A stretch of DNA of 64,000 nt from Spirochaetia bacterium (GTDB lineage: Bacteria > Spirochaetota > Spirochaetia > CAKZLE01), in contig OY782041.1 in NCBI GenBank assembly GCA_963677595.1, forward strand, positions 3,168,001-3,232,000, written 5' to 3'. Each line of letters starts with the position of its first letter. Position 1 is the stretch's first letter. The notes under the pieces were generated by a model. That model was not told the origin of the DNA, ran no database searches, and saw only the letters and a program-made list of their open reading frames with translations. The position numbers and the translations under genes were made by a program. This document shows positions 9,442 to 18,511 of this stretch, one piece after another.

Positions 9442-10353
9442 ATGATAAAGAAGGATCAGACACTCTGGATACTCTTCTTCATCCTTCCCGGGCTCACGAT
9501 CGTATCACTCATCATCATCTACCCCCTGTTCGCCTCCCTGCTGAACAGTTTCTATTCCTGGGACGGCTTCATGCGGCAGGAATTCGTCGGGTTCTCCAAC
9601 TTCAAGGCCGTCTTCACCCAATACCCCTATAACGAGCTCTTCTTCAATGCGATCGGGAACAACCTGAAGTGGTTCCTCTCCTCTATGTTCATCCAGAACT
9701 CGTTCGGGCTGCTCTTCGGCTATCTCCTGAGTCGCAGGATCAGGGGCCACGAGATCTACAAACGAGTCTTCTTCATGCCGGTTCTGTTGCCCATCATAGC
9801 GGTGGGGTTCTTATGGAAACTCTACTACAACACCCAGTTCGGCCTCTTCATGAAGCTCTTCACAGCCCTCGGGCTGGAGTTCATGAACAGACCCTGGCTC
9901 GGTGACACCTCGACTGCTACCTATGCGATCATCGTCATGAACATCTGGCGCTGGATCGGGTTCCCGACCCTCGTCTTCCTCGCCGCCATGGATAATGTCC
10001 CCGGGGAGTGCCTCGAGTCCGCCCATATCGACGGGACACCCGAGTGGAAGATCTTCTGGAAGATCACCTTCCCGCTGATCATCCCCTCGATCATGGTCAT
10101 CACGGTCCTGACGCTCATCGGGAGCATCAACGTCTTCGGACAGGTCTATGCCATGGCGGGACTTGACGGCAGCCCGAACTTCTCGACCGATACCCTCGGT
10201 ACGCTCTTCTACCGTACCGCCTTCGGATCGCAGGCCTCTGCCCAGCCGGTCATCTCGATCGGGTCGGCCCTGTCGGTGATCATCTACCTGCTCAGCCTCA
10301 TCCTCTCGCTGGCCAACATCATCGGGTTCCAGCGCAAGGAGGTGGAACTATGA
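9442..10353 (+). CDS. Sugar ABC transporter permease
   Basis: SD AAGGAGG before ATG 9442; hydrophobic helices; EAA-like ESAHIDG..F..ITFP motif. Confidence 0.93.
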   Translation: MIKKDQTLWILFFILPGLTIVSLIIIYPLFASLLNSFYSWDGFMRQEFVGFSNFKAVFTQYPYNELFFNAIGNNLKWFLSSMFIQNSFGLLFGYLLSRRIRGHEIYKRVFFMPVLLPIIAVGFLWKLYYNTQFGLFMKLFTALGLEFMNRPWLGDTSTATYAIIVMNIWRWIGFPTLVFLAAMDNVPGECLESAHIDGTPEWKIFWKITFPLIIPSIMVITVLTLIGSINVFGQVYAMAGLDGSPNFSTDTLGTLFYRTAFGSQASAQPVISIGSALSVIIYLLSLILSLANIIGFQRKEVEL

Positions 10354-11207
10354 TCCTCGACCTGCGCTTCAGAAGAAGTACCCCGGGAAAGAAGATCATC
10401 TATATCATCTTCCAGGTGCTGCTCATCACCTACGGGATCACCGTGATCTACCCGATCATCAACCTCGTCCTCTCCTCGTTCAAGACGACCAGGGAGATCT
10501 TCACCAACCCCTTCTCCTTCCCGGTGGTCTGGCGATTCACCAACTACGTCAAGGTCTGGGAGAAGGGCGGCTTCGATATGTATTTCATCAACAGCATCAT
10601 CATCACGGCCGCCGCCATGGGGATCGTCGTCCTCTTCGGTTCGATGGCCGCGAACGGCATCGCACGCTACTCCTACAAGATGAAGAACGTCGTCTACCTC
10701 CTCTTCCTCTCCGGCATCGTCCTGCCGCTGAGGGCAGCCATCATCCCGCTCTTCCTTCTCATGAAGGGGTTGCACCTCACCGATACGCGATGGTCCCTGA
10801 TCCTGATCTTCGCGGCGATGGGCCTTCCCTCGACCGTATTCATCCTCTCAGGGTTCATGAAATCGATCCCGAAGGAGCTCGAGTATGCAGCCAGGATCGA
10901 CGGCTGCAACGATCTTGTCATCTTCAGGAGGATCATCATCCCGCTCTCGATGTCCTCGATCACGCTCGTGACCATCTATAACATCGTACCGATTTGGAAT
11001 GACTTCTTCTTCCCCATGATCTTCATCTCCTCCGACTCGAAGAAGACCCTCCCCCTGGGGGTGGCATCCTTCTTCGGCCAGTACCAGATCGCCTGGGATC
11101 AGATCTTCGCCGCCCTCTCGATCGCCATCATCCCGATGATCGTCGTCTACATCTTCATGTCGCGCTACTTTATCAAGGGCATGACGGCCGGTGCCGTGAA
11201 GGGGTAG
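10350..11207 (+). CDS. Sugar ABC transporter permease
   Basis: IPKELEYAARIDGC, WNDFFFP and terminal GMTAGAVKG. Confidence 0.95.
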   Translation: MILDLRFRRSTPGKKIIYIIFQVLLITYGITVIYPIINLVLSSFKTTREIFTNPFSFPVVWRFTNYVKVWEKGGFDMYFINSIIITAAAMGIVVLFGSMAANGIARYSYKMKNVVYLLFLSGIVLPLRAAIIPLFLLMKGLHLTDTRWSLILIFAAMGLPSTVFILSGFMKSIPKELEYAARIDGCNDLVIFRRIIIPLSMSSITLVTIYNIVPIWNDFFFPMIFISSDSKKTLPLGVASFFGQYQIAWDQIFAALSIAIIPMIVVYIFMSRYFIKGMTAGAVKG

Positions 11208-11211
11208 GCTT

Positions 11212-12414
11212 ATGAAACTTCGGCCTGACGAGATACAGCGGCTCAGCAGTATCAGGGAAGCATACCGTGAGAACCTCTACACAAGTGTCATCCCATTCTG
11301 GGAAGAGCATTCCATAGACCGCGAACATGGTGGGTATCTCACCTGCTTGGACCGGGACGGGTCAGTCTACGACTACGATAAGTTCATGTGGCTGCAGGCG
11401 AGGGAAGCCTGGATGTTCTCCCACCTCTACAACCGGGTACGGCCCGAACCCCGTTGGCTTGAGTTCGCCACCCACGGCATCGACTTCCTCGAGCAGTATG
11501 GGACTGACAGGCATGGTAATTTCTACTTCGCCCTCCGCCGTGATGGCAAACCGCTGGTCGCCCCCTACAACATCTACTCTGACTGTTTCGCTGTCCTCGC
11601 CTATGCGGAGTACGGGAAGGCTTCCGGGAACTCCGAAATGATCAGGCGGGCGGAAGCCATCCTGTCGAACATCGAGGGGAGGAGGGCCCGCCCGAAGGGG
11701 ATCTACACCAAGCAGATAACGCAGTACAGGCCGATCCGGGCCTTCGGCTTCTCCATGATCGAGCTGAACATGGCTCAGGTCATGGCACAGGTGACGGGGG
11801 ATGAGCAGTACCACGCGAAGATCGACACCGTCATCGACGATATCCTCCGGTACCATATCAGCCGGGATGACGAGGTGGTCTATGAACGGGTGCTCCCCGA
11901 CGGTTCACACCCCTTCTGCATGGAAGGGCGTCTCCTCTGCCCGGGGCATACCTGCGAGGTCCTCTGGTTCCTTGCCAAGAGCGTCAGCGACAAGGCACTG
12001 CTGCGGACCCTTGGCGATGCCCTGCGCTGGACGCTGGAGCGGGGCTGGGACCCCGTCCATGGGGGGATCTTCTACTACCAGGATGTACGCAGCCTGCCGA
12101 CCGAGAAGCTCGAGTCGGAGATGAAGCTCTGGTGGGTCCATAATGAGGCAGCCTATGCCGCACTGCTGCTCGGGTACCTCAATGGGGACCATGAACTGCT
12201 CGACTGGTTCTTCACCATCCATGATTGGAGCTGGGAGAGGTTCGTCGACCATGAGCACGGCGAGTGGTACGGCTACCTCTACCATACAGGAGAGGTCGCC
12301 AAGAGCCTGAAGGGCGGAAAGTGGAAGGGGTTCTTCCACCTCCCGAGGTTCCTCCTCGAGAGCCTCGGGACTATTGATGAGATGCTAAGGACAGCAGGAG
12401 GATCAGGGGCATGA
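11212..12414 (+). CDS. AGE-family N-acylglucosamine 2-epimerase
   Basis: IPFWEEHSIDREHGGY, DKFMWLQAR, PGH..E, KLWWVHNE, KGGKWKGFFHLPR. Confidence 0.92.
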   Translation: MKLRPDEIQRLSSIREAYRENLYTSVIPFWEEHSIDREHGGYLTCLDRDGSVYDYDKFMWLQAREAWMFSHLYNRVRPEPRWLEFATHGIDFLEQYGTDRHGNFYFALRRDGKPLVAPYNIYSDCFAVLAYAEYGKASGNSEMIRRAEAILSNIEGRRARPKGIYTKQITQYRPIRAFGFSMIELNMAQVMAQVTGDEQYHAKIDTVIDDILRYHISRDDEVVYERVLPDGSHPFCMEGRLLCPGHTCEVLWFLAKSVSDKALLRTLGDALRWTLERGWDPVHGGIFYYQDVRSLPTEKLESEMKLWWVHNEAAYAALLLGYLNGDHELLDWFFTIHDWSWERFVDHEHGEWYGYLYHTGEVAKSLKGGKWKGFFHLPRFLLESLGTIDEMLRTAGGSGA

Positions 12415-13853
12415 GTTCAGAATCAAAATTCAGGAGACCGAGAGCAGGTTTGCTGGCATTCAGTTCCAGGCGATTCCATGACCTTGGGAAGGGGACGGCA
12501 ACCGGGACCTATTTCGAGCGGATCAAGAAAGAGACTCTGCAAATCGCTTCCGCCCTGGAAGGGGAGCTGGAATTGGTGGAGACCGTGGAGGTCACCGACT
12601 ATGAGAGCCTGGATGAGGCTTGCAGGAGTATCGATGCGGCGGCTGTGGACTGCATCATCGCCTTCTTCCACTCATGGGCGGAAGACAACGTCTGGATACG
12701 CTTCCTACGTGACTATGCGAAGGAGACCCCGCTGCTCTACTATTACCCGTCGAAGACCGGGATCAGCTACGAGAACCTCGATGACGAGAATGACTTCGTC
12801 CAGTTCCTCGCTGACGGGGGACTCGTCGGCATGCTCGTAGGTTCCGGTTCCCTGAAGCGGCGGGGCCGGGAGGCCAAGGTCATCTCCGGTTCCATCGGGA
12901 AGGTGAAGGATAGGATCATCACCTATGTTGAGGCTTGCAGACTTCGGACCATCCTGCGGGAGTCGACCTTCGGGATCATGCCGAACCATAACGAGATCAT
13001 GTGGAGCACCTATGTCGATCCCTACCGCCTCTTTTCCTATGGGCCTGAACTGCGGTTCCTCGGCTACCAGGAGCTCTATGAGGCTGGGGAGCAGGTCAGT
13101 GATGGGGAGATACAGGGGTGGAAACGGATCCTGGATGCCAAGATCGAGCGGTATGATGCCATCGATGAGGAAAAGTACGATGCCTCCCTGCGGTACTCCA
13201 TCGCCCTGAATGAGATCATGAAATCGTACGGCCTCGATGCTATGACCCTCAACGATGTCAGCGTGAGGATCTTCGAGGAGATCGGGCTTCGGCCCGGCTT
13301 CTACCATGAGGGGATCAACGAGCGAAAGTCGATCCTCTGCCCCGAGGGGGACCTCGGGATCGCCATGGCGGAATTTCTGCTCAAGATGATCACCGGCAAG
13401 CAGGTGAATATCATAGAACCTTTCTACGTCGATGAGTCGAGGGGGATCTTCTGCGGGGGCCATGCGGGACCCAATGATTATACCGGGTCGATCGACGGGG
13501 AATATGTGAGGACGGCAGTCGATGCGCGGTTCGCAAAGACCTCCTACCGGTATGCCGGGGCTCCCTTCGCATGGCTGCGGATCCCGCCCGGGCAGATGAC
13601 CATGCTGCACGTCTCGGAGTGTGACGGGAAGCTGAAGATGGTCGTTTCCCTAGTCGAGGCGATTGAGGGAAAGCATAGAATCAACAGCTACTCCCACGGT
13701 GAGTTCAAACCCGTCGGGAGCGATGTGAACACCTTCTTCGAGCAGATCATGGGCATCGGCACTACCCAGCACTTCGCGGTAGCGCCTGGTGACGGCAGGG
13801 AGATCCTGATAGAGTTCGCCCAGCTGACCGGTATCGAGTGCAGCCTTGTCTAG
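12411..13853 (+). CDS. L-fucose/L-arabinose isomerase-family sugar isomerase
   Basis: 480 aa; CPEGDL, IEPF..GGHAG and C-terminal GTTQHFAVAPG resemble FucI/AraA-family metal sites. Confidence 0.72.
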   Translation: MSSESKFRRPRAGLLAFSSRRFHDLGKGTATGTYFERIKKETLQIASALEGELELVETVEVTDYESLDEACRSIDAAAVDCIIAFFHSWAEDNVWIRFLRDYAKETPLLYYYPSKTGISYENLDDENDFVQFLADGGLVGMLVGSGSLKRRGREAKVISGSIGKVKDRIITYVEACRLRTILRESTFGIMPNHNEIMWSTYVDPYRLFSYGPELRFLGYQELYEAGEQVSDGEIQGWKRILDAKIERYDAIDEEKYDASLRYSIALNEIMKSYGLDAMTLNDVSVRIFEEIGLRPGFYHEGINERKSILCPEGDLGIAMAEFLLKMITGKQVNIIEPFYVDESRGIFCGGHAGPNDYTGSIDGEYVRTAVDARFAKTSYRYAGAPFAWLRIPPGQMTMLHVSECDGKLKMVVSLVEAIEGKHRINSYSHGEFKPVGSDVNTFFEQIMGIGTTQHFAVAPGDGREILIEFAQLTGIECSLV

Positions 13854-13905
13854 AAGCATGGCTGCCGGAGAAGAAGAATAGAATAATGAGATTGGAGAAA
13901 GAATC

Positions 13906-15729
13906 ATGAGCTTTATGTTTAACCCGTTTCCTTATGATGACTACCGGGCAGTGAATCGACCCGGCTGCGACCCCGAAGGTGATGACCTCTTCATCGAGGG
14001 GACCTTGAAGGTGGCAGAGACGATGGCCGGGCAGCTCCGGCAGCAGGCGAATGCTGCCGGTGGTAGGACGGTCATCGGGATCGACGGCTATGCCTCTGCC
14101 GATTTTACCTCCCTGGTGCACCTGGTGGAGCGAAGGCTTCATACCATGGGATTAGCAAGCATATCCATCCCGATATCGGACTGCTTCAAGACTCCCGGTG
14201 AGCTTGACCGGCTGGTCTCTGAAAGCCTCCCGACAGATCAGGAGATCGACCCGATTCTCCTCTTCGGCAAGCTCTATGAGGGAGGGGCTGAAAGCTATTT
14301 CGACCCGGGGAAGACAGCCGCAGTGCGATCCCGGATCGAGGGAGCCGAAGGGTCTGTGGTGATCATCTTTGGGAACCTCAGCGGTATCTCCCTCCTGCGG
14401 GATCTCTACGACCTGGTCTACTATATCGATGTCATCCCCAAGGATGTGGTCCTCCGGTATAAGCAGGGTGAGGTGGAGAACATCGGGGATCGGAGCCCCA
14501 AGACCTACCGTGAACTGATGCGCCGCGCCTACTACTGCGACTTCGAGCTCTCCATGGAGCTCAGGACGGAACTCCTGCAGCAGGGGCTTATCGACTATTA
14601 TATCGCGGGAAGCAGGAAAGACAGCTTCCAGCTGCTCTCCTTCGGGCTCCTCAAGCGGCTCTGTGCTGCGCAGGTGAGAAAGCCGTTCCGGTGCAAGCCC
14701 GTATACAATGAGGGCGTCTGGGGAGGCTTCTATACCAAGACCTACCGCGACCTGCCGCAGGAGATGCGCAATTGCGCATGGGTCTTCGACCTGATCCCGG
14801 CCGAGGTGAGCCTCCTTATGGAGGTGGGAGGATCCCTTGTCGATATCCCGTTCTATACCTTCATCCGGCTTGACAGCCGGAGCCTGCTCGGGGATGAGAG
14901 TGTCGATACCTTCGGGGAGTACTTCCCGATCCGGTTCAACTACGATGACACCATGCACAGCAGCGGCAACATGTCCATCCAAGTCCACCCTGGCGAGGAG
15001 TACTGCAAGGAGCATTTCAACGAACTCGGGCGGCAGGATGAGAGCTACTACATCGTCGCTGCCGGGCTCGGGGCCAAGACCTACTGCGGCTTGACCGAGG
15101 AGGCAGATGCTGATGAGTTCTTCGAGCGTGTCCTCGACTCGGAACGGAACCACAGCGAGATCGACTACCCGAAGTATGTCAACGGGATCCCTACGAAGCC
15201 GGGCATGCAGTTTCTGCTCCCCGGCGGGACGATCCACTCCTCGGGGAGGAACCAGCTCGTCCTCGAGATCGGGTCGCTGACGATCGGGTCCTACACCTTC
15301 AAGCTCTATGACTACCTGCGCAAGGACCTCGACGGGACCCCGAGGCCGATCCACTCCATCCATGGGAAGAATGTGCTCAAGACCGAGCGACGGGCTTCAT
15401 GGGTAGAGGAGAACCTGATGCGGGAGCCGAAAGTCCTGAAGCGGGAAGGGGACGCCGTGGAACTCGAGCTCGGCAGGCATGAGATGTTCTACTTCACCCT
15501 GCGCCGGCTCGATTTCATGACCTCGGTATCACAGGACACGATGGGTACGTTCCATGTCCTCACCCTCGTCGACGGCGAGCGTGTGCGGGTCGTGAGTGAG
15601 GCTGATGATTCGCTCTCCTTTGAGATGCACTATCTCGACATCGTCGTGGTGCCGGCCTGCGTCGGGGCTTATCGGATAGAGAATCTCGGCAGCCACCCGG
15701 TCTCCGTACACAAGACCCTGCTGGTCTGA
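13906..15729 (+). CDS. Class I mannose-6-phosphate isomerase-like protein with N-terminal extension
   Basis: GVWGG, NMSIQVHP, QDESYY and GTIHSSGRNQLVLEI cupin motifs; N-terminal P-loop-kinase-like IGIDGY segment. Confidence 0.82.
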   Translation: MSFMFNPFPYDDYRAVNRPGCDPEGDDLFIEGTLKVAETMAGQLRQQANAAGGRTVIGIDGYASADFTSLVHLVERRLHTMGLASISIPISDCFKTPGELDRLVSESLPTDQEIDPILLFGKLYEGGAESYFDPGKTAAVRSRIEGAEGSVVIIFGNLSGISLLRDLYDLVYYIDVIPKDVVLRYKQGEVENIGDRSPKTYRELMRRAYYCDFELSMELRTELLQQGLIDYYIAGSRKDSFQLLSFGLLKRLCAAQVRKPFRCKPVYNEGVWGGFYTKTYRDLPQEMRNCAWVFDLIPAEVSLLMEVGGSLVDIPFYTFIRLDSRSLLGDESVDTFGEYFPIRFNYDDTMHSSGNMSIQVHPGEEYCKEHFNELGRQDESYYIVAAGLGAKTYCGLTEEADADEFFERVLDSERNHSEIDYPKYVNGIPTKPGMQFLLPGGTIHSSGRNQLVLEIGSLTIGSYTFKLYDYLRKDLDGTPRPIHSIHGKNVLKTERRASWVEENLMREPKVLKREGDAVELELGRHEMFYFTLRRLDFMTSVSQDTMGTFHVLTLVDGERVRVVSEADDSLSFEMHYLDIVVVPACVGAYRIENLGSHPVSVHKTLLV

Positions 15730-15744
15730 GCATAAGGGAGTCCT

Positions 15745-16683
15745 ATGGAACGGGAAGCAGTCCTGAGCATCGATGCGGGAGGCACCTACTACAAGGCAGC
15801 GCTCCTGGATGCTGTGACCTTCGAGGTGTTGCCAGGAACCCTCTTCGAGCATCCCTCTCGCTCCCACGGGAGTAGGGAGGAGATCCTTGATGCCTTGGTC
15901 ACCGTGGTGAACAGGGGATTCGGTGAACTGGGCAGTGCATACAGGATAGGGCACATCTCCTTCGATTTCCCGGGACCTTTCGACTACATCAGCGGATGTG
16001 CGAGAATGAGCCATAAGTTCCAGGAGATCTATGATCTGCCGCTTTCTCCCGTGATCAGGGAAGCCTGCAGGATACCTGAGACGATCCCCATCGTCTACCA
16101 TCACGACCTCCACGCCTTCACCTACGGAGCCTGCCGGTATGATGCAGGGCAGGGGTACGGGGCCGTATTCTGCATCACCATCGGCACCGGACTCGGAACC
16201 GGCTGTTTCCGAGGCGGGACACTCGATATGAAGCCTGACGGCCAGCCGAAGTACCCGCTCTTCCAGAAGCCAGTCGAAGGCGGAATCCTCGAGGACTTCG
16301 TCTCCAACCGGGGTCTCAGGGATGCCTATAACCAGCTGGTGCCGAACCATCCGGTCGCCGATGCGAAGGAGCTCGAGCTGCGTGCAGTCAGGGAGTCTGA
16401 CACGACGGCACGCATGGTCTATGAGCGTATGGGAACCATCCTCGGGACAGTACTGTCCCCGCTCCTGCAGGGATTGCAGATCGAGGCGCTGGTGATCGGC
16501 GGACAGATCTCGAAGGGGTTCGGACTCTTCGGTCCTGCGTTACGGCAGGGACTGTCCAGTTGTGGGCAGCTATCGTTCATCGGCCCGGTCAGGGACCTCT
16601 CACGCACCACGATACGCGGCTGCGGGTCGATACCCGTCTCATGGTATGAGTCCTATACCAGGCCGAGGGGAGGGAACACATGA
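15745..16683 (+). CDS. ROK family sugar kinase
   Basis: IDAGGT, FPGPFDY..G, ITIGTGLG, LEDFVS..G, VIGGQIS. Confidence 0.88.
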   Translation: MEREAVLSIDAGGTYYKAALLDAVTFEVLPGTLFEHPSRSHGSREEILDALVTVVNRGFGELGSAYRIGHISFDFPGPFDYISGCARMSHKFQEIYDLPLSPVIREACRIPETIPIVYHHDLHAFTYGACRYDAGQGYGAVFCITIGTGLGTGCFRGGTLDMKPDGQPKYPLFQKPVEGGILEDFVSNRGLRDAYNQLVPNHPVADAKELELRAVRESDTTARMVYERMGTILGTVLSPLLQGLQIEALVIGGQISKGFGLFGPALRQGLSSCGQLSFIGPVRDLSRTTIRGCGSIPVSWYESYTRPRGGNT

Positions 16684-17597
16684 GCACGATCCGTATAAAA
16701 GCGATGGGCTGCCATGAGGGGCAGGTGTTCCTGAACCTCTTCCATGCCATATTCCCGGAGGTCTCCGCCGGTGACGAGGAACTGATCGAGACTCTCTGGT
16801 GCGACACGAATGCTGAACAATCCATGACCCTCCTGGCAAAGGATGGTGAGACTGCTGTAGGGCTGACCCATGGGGCAGTCCATGATGGTACGCTCTACAT
16901 CGTAGCCCTGGGGGTTGCTCCAGACTACAGACGCAGAGGCATCGCCTCCCGCCTCCTTGATTACATGGTCGAAGCTGTGAAAGATCTCAAGGTCACGTCG
17001 ATGCGGGTCAGCGACTACCCTTACGGCTACATCCTTCCCGGGGTAGTGCAGCCTTCAGGTATCGCCTTCTTCACCGCTCACGGATTCGTCACGGAATCCC
17101 GACCCGTTGCCATGAGCCGGGACCTTGGAGGGTTCCACCCTGACTCGAAGGTATTCCTTAAGGAGCAGGAACTGCGCACCAGTGGCTATACATTCGACCG
17201 GTATGGACCGGACGATCTCCTGCAGACCATCGATTTCTTCGATCGGTGCATGCCTGCGGACTGGAAAGATATCGTGAAAGTCGGTTACAGTAGGGGAAAC
17301 TCTCGCCAGAACGGGATCTGCTGCCGTGACCCGGAAGGGAAGATGGTCGGGGCTGCATTCTACCACATGGTCGGACGGGACCCCTGCAGGTTCGGCCCGA
17401 TCGGGGTGGACCCGGAAACCAGGGGCCTGTCGATCGGGGCGATACTCCTCCATGAGTGCCTGCGCATGCAGTCGGACGAACACCTTGAGCGGTCCTATTT
17501 TCTGTGGTGCCATGAGGATTCGCCCGCATACCGCATGTACCGAAAGGTTGGGTTCGAGATCCGCTTCGAGATGCAGGTCATGAGCCGGGAGTTGTAA
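16680..17597 (+). CDS. Tandem GNAT N-acetyltransferase
   Basis: Two acetyl-CoA motifs (GVAPDYRRRGIAS and GVDPETRGLSIG) plus YRKVGF; YILPGV motif. Confidence 0.87.
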   Translation: MSTIRIKAMGCHEGQVFLNLFHAIFPEVSAGDEELIETLWCDTNAEQSMTLLAKDGETAVGLTHGAVHDGTLYIVALGVAPDYRRRGIASRLLDYMVEAVKDLKVTSMRVSDYPYGYILPGVVQPSGIAFFTAHGFVTESRPVAMSRDLGGFHPDSKVFLKEQELRTSGYTFDRYGPDDLLQTIDFFDRCMPADWKDIVKVGYSRGNSRQNGICCRDPEGKMVGAAFYHMVGRDPCRFGPIGVDPETRGLSIGAILLHECLRMQSDEHLERSYFLWCHEDSPAYRMYRKVGFEIRFEMQVMSREL

Positions 17598-17611
17598 GAA
17601 GGGAGTCGATT

Positions 17612-18478
17612 ATGGAAAGTTCATTGTACCTGTTGAGGAAGCTCAGCGACAGCCAGGTGGAATCAGAGAAGAAGCTCGCGGGGTTCATCCTGGAGAATAC
17701 CCACCGCGTCATCAGCATGAGCATCACTGAACTTGCGGACCAGGCCGGGACCAGCGCAGCAGCGATCGTCAGACTGTGCAAGAAACTCGACCTCAAGGGC
17801 TTCCCGGAACTCCGTATCGCTATAGCGAAGGAGTTCTACTCCAAGCGCTACATCCACCCGACCGATGACAAGCGGGAGTCTCTTAACTATGACGGGGAAT
17901 CGACTGTCTCGGAGATCGTGTCGAACATGCTTGCAGTGGTCTCCAATGCCGTGGACAACATCGACAGGCTCGTGAGCAGGAAGAACATCGAGATCGTCGT
18001 GGAGAAGATCCGCAGCTGCCGTTCCATCCTGATCGGCGGGACTGGTGCGTCAGGGATCGCAGGCAGGGACTTCCACCAGAAGCTGACCAGGCTCGGCTAC
18101 CTCTCGATCTACAATGAGGATTCCGAGCTCCAGACGATCTCGGCTTGTACGCTGACGAAGCAGGACGTGATGGTTGCCTTCTCCTACTCCGGTGAGAAGA
18201 AGACCCTGATCAGGACCATCCAGGAAGCGAAGAAGAACGATGCCTATATCATCGCTATCACCAGGTTCAAGCAGACGAGCATCGCCAAGCTTGCAGACAC
18301 GGTGATCTATGTCCCGGATCTCGAATCCCTCTACCGTGAGGGGGCAACGGTGTCACGCCTCTGCCAGCTCGTCGTCATCGACCTGATCTTCTCCTCCCTG
18401 ATCGCCAGTGACTTCGAGAACTCCGTAAGCCTGCTTGACCAGACCTGGAGAGCGATCGATCACGAGATCACGGAATAG
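17612..18478 (+). CDS. MurR/RpiR family transcriptional regulator
   Basis: HTH SITELADQAGTSAAAIVRLCKKLDLKGFPELR followed by a SIS domain (FSYSGE, IAIT, SRLCQL). Confidence 0.95.
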   Translation: MESSLYLLRKLSDSQVESEKKLAGFILENTHRVISMSITELADQAGTSAAAIVRLCKKLDLKGFPELRIAIAKEFYSKRYIHPTDDKRESLNYDGESTVSEIVSNMLAVVSNAVDNIDRLVSRKNIEIVVEKIRSCRSILIGGTGASGIAGRDFHQKLTRLGYLSIYNEDSELQTISACTLTKQDVMVAFSYSGEKKTLIRTIQEAKKNDAYIIAITRFKQTSIAKLADTVIYVPDLESLYREGATVSRLCQLVVIDLIFSSLIASDFENSVSLLDQTWRAIDHEITE

Positions 18479-18511
18479 GGGAAGTCGAATAACCACCAGA
18501 GGGGATGTCCG